Shown here piece after piece: positions 51,717 through 63,523 of a DNA stretch of 64,000 nt. The stretch comes from Eledone cirrhosa (lineage: Eukaryota). Below the pieces are notes generated by a model that was given only the letters and a program-made list of their open reading frames with translations, made no database searches and was not told the DNA's origin. Location of the stretch: assembly GCA_964016885.1 (NCBI GenBank), contig OZ024759.1, positions 11,532,001-11,596,000 of the forward strand, in the 5' to 3' direction. A program made the position numbers and the translations under genes. Position 1 is the stretch's first letter. Each line of letters begins with the position of its first letter.

Positions 51717-51840
51717 CATGGAACTCTTTTAACCATCTTTTGATCTTATATTATTTATACTCCAGTCCTATAAACTATTGAGTGCTACTTATCTGATATT
51801 TGCATTGCTTTATTGTGCTACAATAAAACTCACCTCCCAC

Positions 51841-51876
<36 letters not shown>

Positions 51877-52139
51877 TATATATATATATAGGTTGGTGTT
51901 AGGAAGGGCATCCAGCTGTAGAAATCAACCCAGAATCAGTTCCCGTCCCACCCTTGCAAGCAGGAAAAAGCGGACGTAAAATGATGATGATGATGATATA
52001 TAGTTGTACAAGAGTGTTGTTTATCTTAGTTACCTAGTAACTTCTAGATGATAAACAGATCCTAGTGACCCAAAGCACTTCACGTCAGTAGTTTATCCGA
52101 GGTAGGTGATATAGAGTGACAGAGTATTCCTTTATCAAA

Positions 52140-52660
52140 TAATTGTTTCTACTTTAGGCACAAGGCCAGAAATTACCCAGTGCATTACTGGTACTTTTAT
52201 TTTATCGACCCCGTAAGGATGAAAGGCAAAGTCAACCTCGGCGGGATTTGAACTCAGATCGTAAAGGGACGTAACTATGCTGGAAAGCATGGCGTCCGAC
52301 CCTCTACCGATACTGCCAATCCACAGATGGGATTAATTCACCATAACTGCACCTATGATTGCGTAAGCATCTGATGAAGTCACATGAATAACCATGTAAC
52401 AGAAATATATATAATGCAATAAACAATTATGGTGATTTAATCCTGTCTTAACTACCATTATTTGATATATATATATAAGGGCGGTGGATTGGCAGTATCG
52501 GTAAAGGGTGTGACGCCATGCTTTGATACATAGAGTTACGGTCCTTTCAATTCTGAGTTCAAATCCCGGCGAGGTTAACTTTGCCTTACGGGGTCGATAA
52601 AATAAAGTACCAGTAATACACTGGGTAATGGCTGGCCTTGTGCCAAAAGTAGAAACAATT
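52140..52660. mobile_element. Two SINE family A copies in divergent orientation (52140-52323 -, 52479-52660 +)
   Basis: Family sequence. Confidence 0.88.
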
Positions 52661-52760
52661 ATTTGATATATATATATATATATATATACGTTATTCCGGG
52701 TTGAATCGGAGGTAACCACAGTAAGTAAGGTACTCAATACATTGCAGAGTATAAAAGTTT

Positions 52761-52855
52761 TAATATAGATGAGATTCTACAGGACTAGAACTGTTTCATT
52801 CTTTAGAAATCATCAAATGAAACAGTTCTAGTCCTGTAGAATCTCATCTATATTA
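52761..52855. repeat. 40-bp-arm hairpin with a truncated hammerhead motif
   Basis: Arms 52761-52800 and 52816-52855; - strand TTGATGA-TTTCTAAAGAAT-GAAACAGTTCTAGTC. Confidence 0.8.
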
Positions 52856-52945
52856 TATATATATATATATATTGGTGTTGGATGCTTAAAGCGTCTGTAT
52901 GCGGTAGGCCGTATGAGCACTCGATGCTCTCATAGAGTAGAGTAT

Positions 52946-53153
52946 GATATCACAGAAAAAAAGAGAATCAGTGTTGTGACGAATGGAAAATCTGCTTCGT
53001 AGAATCAACACGCATCTGAGGACCTTGCGATTTTCAGAGTCAGGTTCGGTCATCAAATCGATCGTGCCTCAAGCTGGTCGCCAGAGAAACGATTGTAATA
53101 TGTCCAATAAATTCCATTTGTCGCAACACTGATTCTCTTTTTTTCTGTGATAT
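52946..53153. repeat. Inverted repeat (~42-bp arms, ~120-bp spacer) with a hammerhead 3'-half-like motif
   Basis: ATATCACAGAAAAAAAGAGAATCAGTGTTGTGACGAATGGAA and its reverse complement; spacer contains CTGGTCGCCAGAGAAACGATTGTA...AATAAA. Confidence 0.75.
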
Positions 53154-53265
53154 ATATACATATATATATCAACTTTGGTTTGTCACTTGAATTTATATAT
53201 ATATATATATATATTAATATTTGATAAACATTTGATAAATATTTGATAAATATTTGATAAACAAA

Positions 53266-53450
53266 GGCGGTGGATTGGCAGTATCGGTAGAGGGTCGGAC
53301 GCCATGCTTTCCAGTATAGTTACGTCCCTTTACGATCTGAGTTCAAATCCCGCCGAGGTTGACTTTGCCTTTCATCCTTACAGGGTCGATAAAATAAAGT
53401 ACCAGTAATGAACTGGGTAATTGCTGGCCTTGTGCCTAAAGTAGACACAA
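53266..53450 (+). mobile_element. SINE family A flanked by ATTTGATAAAT repeats
   Basis: Family sequence. Confidence 0.9.
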
Positions 53451-53609
53451 ATATTTGATAAATATTTACATGTTTTAGTTGCAATTGACTAATAAAATCG
53501 TTAGAATGAAATATCTTAATTCAAATACATATAGTTTGCCTGTACGATCTAAAAAATAATAAATCAATACTCACAATGTAAATGACCCCATTGAGTGTAA
53601 ACTCTAAGT

Positions 53610-53645
<36 letters not shown>

Positions 53646-54582
53646 AAACCTACTCCAGCCAGTAGGCATCTCTAACAAAATACACCCCGTCCCACCACCA
53701 CCATCCCATCCACACCACCCCGTTCTATGTAAAGTTATGTTGGTGCAGCGCCATCCAGGCCGAAACAAATGAGGTCGTGTAGGTGTCACGACAAAAAAAC
53801 ACACAGTCCACGCTGTAATGTGGCCGTGTAGTCAACACGGTAAAAACCTCCCAGACCCACACTGTAAATGTGGTTGGTGTTAGGAAGGGCATCCAACTGT
53901 AGAAAACCTGCCAGACAGTCCTATGCGAGCAAGACAATCACTCTTGCCTCAAGTGGGACTACCCCCGTCCAAACCCATGCAAGCGTGGAACACGGACGTT
54001 AAACGTTGATGATGATGATATATAAATTCAAGTGACAAACCAAAGTTGATACTTCAAATCATTTTATTAACGTCTTAACATCTACGCACGTTTCAATTTT
54101 AATGTAATTTAGCTAAAATATTCCCAGGACATCAATGTCCGGAGGATGTTAGTCCTTTCCAAATGAAATCCACTGTCATGTCCAGTAAAATAAACATATT
54201 GAAAAGTTGTATTTCCACCAAGACATGTAAAACAGTTGATTAGTTGGTCATGTGATTAGTTATTGATCTGTATTATTTTAGAATTGTAATCTGTATGATG
54301 TTGAATTGTTCTAACTATATTATCAATATCTTCACAATGGTGTTCTCTCACAATGGATACATATACCTAGAAACAGATTCTTAATCTGTTTACTAAACCT
54401 ACCTGATAACTTACCTGTAATTGATTATATATATATTAAACTCATTAACACAACATCCTGTAATAATTTAGTAGAAAATATCTAAAAACAAGTTTATAGT
54501 ATCTATGGATAGGTTATTGTGATGAATTTGCTGTATTAACCTTTTCAGTGCCTTAGAAGAGATAACTCGTCCAAACATGTTT

Positions 54583-57500
54583 GAACTCCTTTCCAACAGT
54601 TCATAACTTCAAAGTTAGGAACTCCTTTCCAACAGTTCATAACTTCAAAGTTAGGAACTCCTTTCCAACAGTTCATAACTTCAAAGTTGTGAACTCCTTT
54701 CCAACAGTTCATAACTTCAAAGTTGTGAACTCCTTTCCAACAGTTCATAACTTCAAAGTTGTGAACTCCTTTCCAACAGTTCATAACTTCAAAGTTGTGA
54801 ACTCCTTTCCAACAGTTCATAACTTCAAAGTTGTGAACTCCTTTCCAACAGTTCATAACTTCAAAGTTGTGAACTCCTTTCCAACAGTTCATAACTTCAA
54901 AGTTGTGAACTCCTTTCCAACAGTTCATAACTTCAAAGTTGTGAACTCCTTTCCAACAGTTCATAACTTCAAAGTTGTGAACTCCTTTCCAACAGTTCAT
55001 AACTTCAAAGTTGTGAACTCCTTTCCAACAGTTCATAACTTCAAAGTTGTGAACTCCTTTCCAACAGTTCATAACTTCAAAGTTGTGAACTCCTTTCCAA
55101 CAGTTCATAACTTCAAAGTTGTGAACTCCTTTCCAACAGTTCATAACTTCAAAGTTTGTGAAGTCCTTTCCAACAGTTCATAACTTCAAAGTTGTGAACT
55201 CCTTTCCAACAGTTCATAACTTCAAAGTTGTGAACTCCTTTCCAACAGTTCATAACTTCAAAGTTAGGAACTCCTTTCCAACAGTTCATAACTTCAAAGT
55301 TAGGAACTCCTTTCCAACAGTTCATAACTTCAAAGTTGTGAACTCCTTTCCAACAGTTCATAACTTCAAAGTTGTGAACTCCTTTCCAACAGTTCATAAC
55401 TTCAAAGTTGTGAACTCCTTTCCAACAGTTCATAACTTCAAAGTTGTGAACTCCTTTCCAACAGTTCATAACTTCAAAGTTGTGAACTCCTTTCCAACAG
55501 TTCATAACTTCAAAGTTGTGAACTCCTTTCCAACAGTTCATAACTTCAAAGTTAGGAACTCCTTTCCAACAGTTCATAACTTCAAAGTTATGAACTCCTT
55601 TCCAACAGTTCATAACTTCAAAGTTGTGAACTCCTTTCCAACAGTTCATAACTTCAAAGTTGTGAACTCCTTTCCAACAGTTCATAACTTCAAAGTTGTG
55701 AACTCCTTTCCAACAGTTCATAACTTCAAAGTTTGTGAAGTCCTTTCCAACAGTTCATAACTTCAAAGTTGTGAACTCCTTTCCAACAGTTCATAACTTC
55801 AAAGTTGTGAACTCCTTTCCAACAGTTCATAACTTCAAAGTTGTGAACTCCTTTCCAACAGTTCATAACTTCAAAGTTGTGAACTCCTTTCCAACAGTTC
55901 ATAACTTCAAAGTTGTGAACTCCTTTCCAACAGTTCATAACTTCAAAGTTGTGAACTCCTTTCCAACAGTTCATAACTTCAAAGTTGTGAACTCCTTTCC
56001 AACAGTTCATAACTTCAAAGTTGTGAACTCCTTTCCAACAGTTCATAACTTCAAAGTTGTGAACTCCTTTCCAACAGTTCATAACTTCAAAGTTGTGAAC
56101 TCCTTTCCAACAGTTCATAACTTCAAAGTTGTGAACTCCTTTCCAACAGTTCATAACTTCAAAGTTAGGAACTCCTTTCGAACAGTTCATAACTTCAAAG
56201 TTAGGAACTCCTTTCCAACAGTTCATAACTTCAAAGTTAGGAACTCCTTTCCAACAGTTCATAACTTCAAAGTTGTGAACTCCTTTCCAACAGTTCATAA
56301 CTTCAAAGTTGTGAACTCCTTTCCAACAGTTCATAACTTCAAAGTTGTGAACTCCTTTCCAACAGTTCATAACTTCAAAGTTAGGAACTCCTTTCCAACA
56401 GTTCATAACTTCAAAGTTAGGAACTCCTTTCCAACAGTTCATAACTTCAAAGTTGTGAACTCCTTTCCAACAGTTCATAACTTCAAAGTTATGAACTCCT
56501 TTCCAACAGTTCATAACTTCAAAGTTGTGAACTCCTTTCCAACAGTTCATAACTTCAAAGTTAGGAACTCCTTTCCAACAGTTCATAACTTCAAAGTTAG
56601 GAACTCCTTTCCAACAGTTCATAACTTCAAAGTTGTGAACTCCTTTCCAACAGTTCATAACTTCAAAGTTGTGAACTCCTTTCCAACAGTTCATAACTTC
56701 AAAGTTAGGAACTCCTTTCCAACAGTTCATAACTTCAAAGTTAGGAACTCCTTTCCAACAGTTCATAACTTCAAAGTTAGGAACTCCTTTCCAACAGTTC
56801 ATAACTTCAAAGTTGTGAACTCCTTTCCAACAGTTCATAACTTCAAAGTTGTGAACTCCTTTCCAACAGTTCATAACTTCAAAGTTAGGAACTCCTTTCC
56901 AACAGTTCATAACTTCAAAGTTAGGAACTCCTTTCCAACAGTTCATAACTTCAAAGTTGTGAACTCCTTTCCAACAGTTCATAACTTCAAAGTTGTGAAC
57001 TCCCTTCCAACAGTTCATAACTTCAAAGTTGTGAACTCCTTTCCAACAGTTCATAACTTCAAAGTTATGAACTCCTTTCCAACAGTTCATAACTTCAAAG
57101 TTATGAACTCCTTTCCAACAGTTCATAACTTCAAAGTTGTGAACTCCTTTCCAACAGTTCATAACTTCAAAGTTGTGAACTCCTTTCCAACAGTTCATAA
57201 CTTCAAAGTTGTGAACTCCTTTCCAACAGTTCATAACTTCAAAGTTGTGAACTCCTTTCCAACAGTTCATAACTTCAAAGTTAGGAACTCCTTTCCAACA
57301 GTTCATAACTTCAAAGTTAGGAACTCCTTTCCAACAGTTCATAACTTCAAAGTTAGGAACTCCTTTCCAACAGTTCATAACTTCAAAGTTGTGAACTCCT
57401 TTCCAACAGTTCATAACTTTAAAGTTATGAACTCCTTTCCAACAGTTCATAACTTCAAAGTTATGAACTCCTTTCCAACAGTTCATAACTTCAAAGTTAG

Positions 57501-59430
57501 GAACTCCTTTCCAACAGTTTATAACTTCAAAGTTATGAACTCCTTTCCAACAGTTCATAACTTCAAAGTTAGGAACTCCTTTCCAACAGTTCATAACTTC
57601 AAAGTTGTGAACTCCTTTCCAACAGTTCATAACTTCAAAGTTAGGAACTCCTTTCCAACAGTTCATAACTTCAAAGTTAGGAACTCCTTTCCAACAGTTC
57701 ATAACTTCAAAGTTAGGAACTCCTTTCCAACAGTTCATAACTTCAAAGTTGTGAACTCTCTTCCAACAGTTCATAACTTCAAAGTTGTGAACTCTTTTCC
57801 AACAGTTCATAACTTCAAAGTTGTGAACTCTCTTCCAACAGTTCATAACTTCAAAGTTGTGAACTCTCTTCCAACAGTTCATAACTTCAAAGTTGTGAAC
57901 TCTCTTCCAACAGTTCATAACTTCAAAGTTAGGAACTCCTTTCCAACAGTTCATAACTTCAAAGTTGTGAACTCCTTTCCAACAGTTCATAACTTCAAAG
58001 TTAGGAACTCCTTTCCAACAGTTCATAACTTCAAAGTTAGGAACTCCTTTCCAACAGTTCATAACTTCAAAGTTAGGAACTCCTTTCCAACAGTTCATAA
58101 CTTCAAAGTTAGGAACTCCTTTCCAACAGTTCATAACTTCAAAGTTAGGAACTCCTTTCCAACAGTTCATAACTTCAAAGTTGTGAACTCCTTTCCAACA
58201 GTTCATAACTTCAAAGTTATGAACTCCTTTCCAACAGTTCATAACTTCAAAGTTATGAACTCCTTTCCAACAGTTCATAACTTCAAAGTTAGGAACTCCT
58301 TTCCAACAGTTTATAACTTCAAAGTTATGAACTCCTTTCCAACAGTTCATAACTTCAAAGTTAGGAACTCCTTTCCAACAGTTCATAACTTCAAAGTTGT
58401 GAACTCCTTTCCAACAGTTCATAACTTCAAAGTTAGGAACTCCTTTCCAACAGTTCATAACTTCAAAGTTAGGAACTCCTTTCCAACAGTTCATAACTTC
58501 AAAGTTAGGAACTCCTTTCCAACAGTTCATAACTTCAAAGTTGTGAACTCTCTTCCAACAGTTCATAACTTCAAAGTTGTGAACTCTTTTCCAACAGTTC
58601 ATAACTTCAAAGTTGTGAACTCTCTTCCAACAGTTCATAACTTCAAAGTTGTGAACTCTCTTCCAACAGTTCATAACTTCAAAGTTGTGAACTCTCTTCC
58701 AACAGTTCATAACTTCAAAGTTAGGAACTCCTTTCCAACAGTTCATAACTTCAAAGTTGTGAACTCCTTTCCAACAGTTCATAACTTCAAAGTTAGGAAC
58801 TCCTTTCCAACAGTTCATAACTTCAAAGTTAGGAACTCTTTTCCAACAGTTCATAACTTCAAAGTTAGGAACTCCTTTCCAACAGTTCATAACTTCAAAG
58901 TTGTGAACTCTCTTCCAACAGTTCATAACTTCAAAGTTGTGAACTCTTTTCCAACAGTTCATAACTTCAAAGTTGTGAACTCTCTTCCAACAGTTCATAA
59001 CTTCAAAGTTGTGAACTCTCTTCCAACAGTTCATAACTTCAAAGTTGTGAACTCTCTTCCAACAGTTCATAACTTCAAAGTTGTGAACTCTCTTCCAACA
59101 GTTCATAACTTCAAAGTTATGAACTCCTTTCCAACAGTTCATAACTTCAAAGTTATTAACTCCTTTCCAACAGTTCATAACTTAAAAGTTGTGAACTCCT
59201 TTCCAACAGTTCATAACTTCAAAGTTAGGAACTCCTTTCCAACAGTTCATAACTTCAAAGTTAGGAACTCCTTTCCAACAGTTCATAACTTAAAAGTTGT
59301 GAACTCCTTTCCAACAGTTCATAACTTCAAAGTTGTGAACTCCTTTCCAACAGTTCATAACTTCAAAGTTGTGAACTCTCTTCCAACAGTTCATAAAGTT
59401 ACAAACTCTTTTCCAACAATTCATAACTTC
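54583..59430. repeat. 36-bp satellite (GAACTCCTTTCCAACAGTTCATAACTTCAAAGTTGT), ~135 copies, highly homogeneous
   Basis: Directly visible; the 1150-aa and 1238-aa ORFs are 12-aa periodic read-throughs. Confidence 0.98.
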
Positions 59431-60379
59431 AATGCTAGATGGCGATACTAGTTTATTGATGTGACATTTGTCAATCAAAATAGTCATTTTACTGGGAAAA
59501 AAACCTACGACAGCAACTGTAGCTGTGTAAAATATATGTAGCAGTCAACAGGTTAAAGGCTTTGACTTTTAAACATCTTTTAATGACTTAGTAGAAAATA
59601 TCTAAAAATGGGGTTTGTTAATTCAAATGTTTATAGTATCTTTAACAGTGAAGAGACTGTTGTGAACATTTTCAGTATTAGAGTAACAACTTTGATATTT
59701 ATTGTGAGGTAGTTATAGAGTCCTTTTGTACTTTTGAAGAATGTCTTGTTAATGTGGTTTCATGTGGTTTGTTAAACTCAAGTGTTTATCGTATCTTTAC
59801 TGGTGGACTTTCAAGAATGTCTTGTTAATGTGGTTTCATTAGGTACAGGAGGTTAAGAGTTAAAAGATCAGAGTATGTGACAAGGGAAAGTCACTAGAGG
59901 TGGCTATCTATGATAGTGAAAACCTTTCCAACCCACGTAACATGGAAAAGAGGATGTAAAATAGATGATGATGAGTGTGCGGTTTAGAATAGGTACACCA
60001 TATCCCTGCATGCCCTAAGAAATGACTGAAGCAGTGTTCGTTAATTTCTAGATGAATTGTTTGGGTTTAGTTTTAGTTTGTGGGGTATATATAAAAGTGA
60101 ATAGCCATATATATTTATATCATCTCATCATTATCTACCCCTCTTCCTCATAAATGTTCCTGAAACAATTATTGTGAAGAAGGACATCTTGGCTATAAAA
60201 CATTGTCACAAAAAGTCATGTCCAACCCATACCAATATGGAGAACTAAACTTAAAGACAATGATGATGATGATGGTGGTACTTTATTTCACATAACCTCA
60301 GAATCATTTCCTCAGAAGCCACTTTGGTAAAACTGGTTTAATGGAACAAATCTCAAGAATTAGAAAACCTATATTTACA

Positions 60380-60572
60380 ATAACTGTTTCTACTTTAGGC
60401 ACAAGGCCAGCAATTACCCAGTGCATTACTGGTACTTTATTTTATCGACCCCGTAAGGATGAAAGGCAAAGTCAACCTCGGCGGGATTTGAACTCATATC
60501 GTAAAGGGACGTAACTCTATGCTTCAAAGCATGGCGTCCGACCCTCTACTGATACTGCCAATCCACCGCCCT
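60380..60572 (-). mobile_element. SINE family A with TSD TATATTTACAATAAC
   Basis: Full copy; direct repeat at ~60370 and ~60573. Confidence 0.92.
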
Positions 60573-60974
60573 TATATTTACAATAACGAACTGATTACCT
60601 GTCACCTAATTCTAGAACCTTCTAGAAAGAAGTTGTAGAATTTATAAGGCTTCTCCTCACCGCCACCTTTCTCTCTCCATCTTTCCCTCATCTCTTCCCC
60701 CTCTTTCCTGCTCTCATTTTTGTTCCCCCCCTTCTCTCTCCTTCTATTCTCTCTCTCACCCCCTCTCTCTCTGATAGTTCCACCACCCTAAACAAGTGTT
60801 ATGTAGGCGCCAAATTTCCCAACTCCCCAGAAAGTCAGTTACAATGTTTTGTAATCATTTCAGCTCACTGTGCTCTCAGTTCAAATCCAGCATTGCCACT
60901 TTTACAGAGTCTACAAGGTGCATTGTTTGGTGATACCAACACAGCCACATCAGTGTATATACCAGCTTCATTTC

Positions 60975-61579
60975 ATCATGACACCAACACTACCACTTTG
61001 CAGAGTGCACTGGGTGTATTTTATCATGGCACCAACACTACCACTTTACAGAGTGTACTGGGTGTATTATATCATGGCACCAACACTACCACTTGACAGA
61101 GTGTACTGGGTGTATTTTATCATGGCACCAGCACTACCACTTTACAGAGTGTACTGGGTGTATTATATCATGGCACCAACACTACCACTTTACAGAGTGT
61201 ACTGGGTGTATTTTATCATGGCACCAGCACTACCACTTTGCAGAGTGTACTGGGTGTATTTTATCATGGCACCAGCACTACCACTTTACAGAGTGTACTG
61301 GGTGTATTATATCATGGCACCAGCACTACCACTTTGCAGAGTGTACTGGGTGTATTTTATCATGGCACCAGCACTACCACTTTACAGAGTGTACTGGGTG
61401 TATTTTATCATGGCACCAGCACTACCACTTTGCAGAGTGTACTGGGTGTATTATATCATGGCACCAGCACTACCACTTTACAGAGTGTACTGGGTGTATT
61501 ATATCATGGCACCAGCACTACCACTTTACAGAGTGTACTGGGTGTATTATATCATGGCACCAACACTACCACTTTACAG
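60975..61579. repeat. 48-bp minisatellite (CATGGCACCAGCACTACCACTTTACAGAGTGTACTGGGTGTATTTTAT), ~12 copies
   Basis: Directly visible; resembles the 49-bp SINE-tail-derived unit at 48-49 kb. Confidence 0.93.
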
Positions 61580-62030
61580 ATGGTGGGCATGGTGGTGGTG
61601 GTGGTGATGGTGATGGTGATGGTGGGGATGGTGGTGGTGGTGATGGTGGGGATGTGGTGGTGGTGGTGGTGATGGGGATGGTGGTGGTGGTGGTAATGAT
61701 GACGGTGATGATGATGATGTTAGTGATGATTATGATGACGATGCTGATGACAGTGATGATGATGATGATAGTACAATGATGGCAATAATGCTAGTCATGA
61801 TGATGATGATGATAAGCTATATATTTTAGGCGATCAATATTTAGCTACCAGAATGAAACCAAGTATTATTTAGATTGTTACCATGACAGCAAAGATGTTA
61901 CACTATTATTATTATTATTTATTTTATTTTTATTTTATTTTTATTTTATTTTATTTTATTTTATTTTATTTTATTTTATTTTATTTTATTTTATTTTATT
62001 TTATTTTATTTTATTTTATTTTATTTTATT
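61580..62030. repeat. (GGT/GAT)n tract and (TTTTA)n microsatellite
   Basis: Directly visible. Confidence 0.9.
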
Positions 62031-62721
62031 ATTATTTTTTATTTTTTTATTCGTAATTTTTTTTACTTTTTGTTTTTTTTTATTACAAAAAAAAAATATA
62101 AAAGTAAAAAGGAAATAAAATTTATTTTATTTTATTTTATTTTTTCTTTTTTTTTTTCTTTAACATTGAAACATTTTTTAGTATTTTAGCAGTAAATGTG
62201 AAAAGATGTATTCAACAAGTTAGTTGAAGGAAACTGTGTAACTAAGATTAAAAAAACATTAAAAAACATCGCAACAACAACAACAACAACTACAACAACA
62301 ACAACAATAACTACAACAACAACAACTACTACACTATAGGTATTTTAGCAGCTCTAAAAATTTCTTGCAGTAAAGTAGAAACGTGCTTTTGATATAGAGA
62401 GCCACAGCAGTGGGGTCTCTGTTGGCTGCCTTTTGATTTTTTAACTATTTTTTGGTGTGTGTGTGTGTGTGTAAGTGTGGGTGTGTGTAAGTGTGTGTGT
62501 GTGTAAGTGGGTGTGTAAGTGGGTGTGTAAATGTGTGTGTGTGTGTAAGTGTGTGTGTGTAAATGTTTGTATGTGTGCGTGTGTGTGTGTAAGTGTGTGT
62601 GTGTGTGTAAGTGGGTGTGTGTGTAAGTGGGTGTGTAAATGTGTGTGTGTGCGTAAATGTGTGTGCGTGAGTAAGTGTGTGCGTGCATGTGTGTGTATGT
62701 GTGCGTGTGTGTGTGTGTGTT

Positions 62722-63420
62722 ATGGGAAGTAATGGAAATAGAACCAGTGATAAATGTTGTGAAGATGGTTGGGTCATGTGTTGAGGAAGGGTGGATGGAA
62801 GTGTGACTGGGGTGGGAGGAATAGAGGCAGTGATGGATGGTGTGAAGAGAGAGGGAATGAGATGGTTGGGTCATGTGTTGAGGAAGGGTGGGAGGAATAG
62901 AGGCAGTGATGGAGGGTGTGAAGAGAGAGGGAATGAGATGGTTGGGTCATGTGTTGAGGGAGGATGGAAGTGTGACTGGGGTGGGAGGAATAGAGGCAGT
63001 GATGGATGGTGTGAAGAGAGAGGGAATGAGATGGTTGGGTCATGTGTTGAGGAAGGGTGGATGGAAGTGTGACTGGGGTGGGAGGAATAGAGGCAGTGAT
63101 GGATGGTGTGAGGAGAGAGGGAATGAGATGGTTGGGCCATGTGTTGAGGAAGGGTGGAGTTTGACTGGGGTGGGAGGAATAGAGGCAGTGATGGATGGTG
63201 TGAAGAGAGAGGGAATGAGATGGTTGGGTCATGTGTTGAGGAAGGGTGGAGTTTGACTGGGGTGGGAGAAATGTTGGAAATAAATGTGGAAGGAAGTAGA
63301 AAAAGGGGAAGACCAGGAAAGATATGGCTACAGATGAAGGAGGAGGAAAGCCAGGGGGTTAGATACAGTTGGGAGGCAGAAGACGAGGCAAACTTGAGAA
63401 GCTTGTCATAAGGATTGTAA
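62722..63420 (+). mobile_element. RTE-type LINE ORF2 C-terminal fragment with ~6 tandem copies of a 77-97-bp internal segment
   Basis: Repeated GIEAVMDGVKREGMRWLGHVLRK followed once by MLEINVEGSRKRGRPGKIW (RTE RWxGHV...GxRxRGRPxxxW signature). Confidence 0.75.
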
Positions 63421-63523
63421 GGTAGGCTAACTGGGGTTGTAGCAGAGGATGTGGCCTGAAGATGGTGGTGGTTGTAGATATGATGAGGGGCTGTAACTGT
63501 TTATGGTTTGGGATATGTACCTA

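Larger units (their letters stand above)
51404..51797. mobile_element. Fold-back element (~179-bp arms, ~36-bp spacer) carrying two antiparallel hammerheads; probable Penelope-like pLTR or retrozyme relic
   Basis: Arms 51404-51582 and 51619-51797 are near-perfect reverse complements; (TA)n follows at 51844; truncated relative at 29003-29061. Confidence 0.8.

Noticed and set aside
54545-59451. 1150-aa and 1238-aa ORFs on opposite strands
   Set aside because: Pure 36-bp tandem repeat with a unit divisible by 3 and stop-free frames; broken by +1 indel units; no splice or domain context.
61830-61862. Possible further phase-1 exon (CDQYLATRMKP) after TTTTAG
   Set aside because: Weak polypyrimidine tract and weak donor (GTATTA); not supportable without transcript data.
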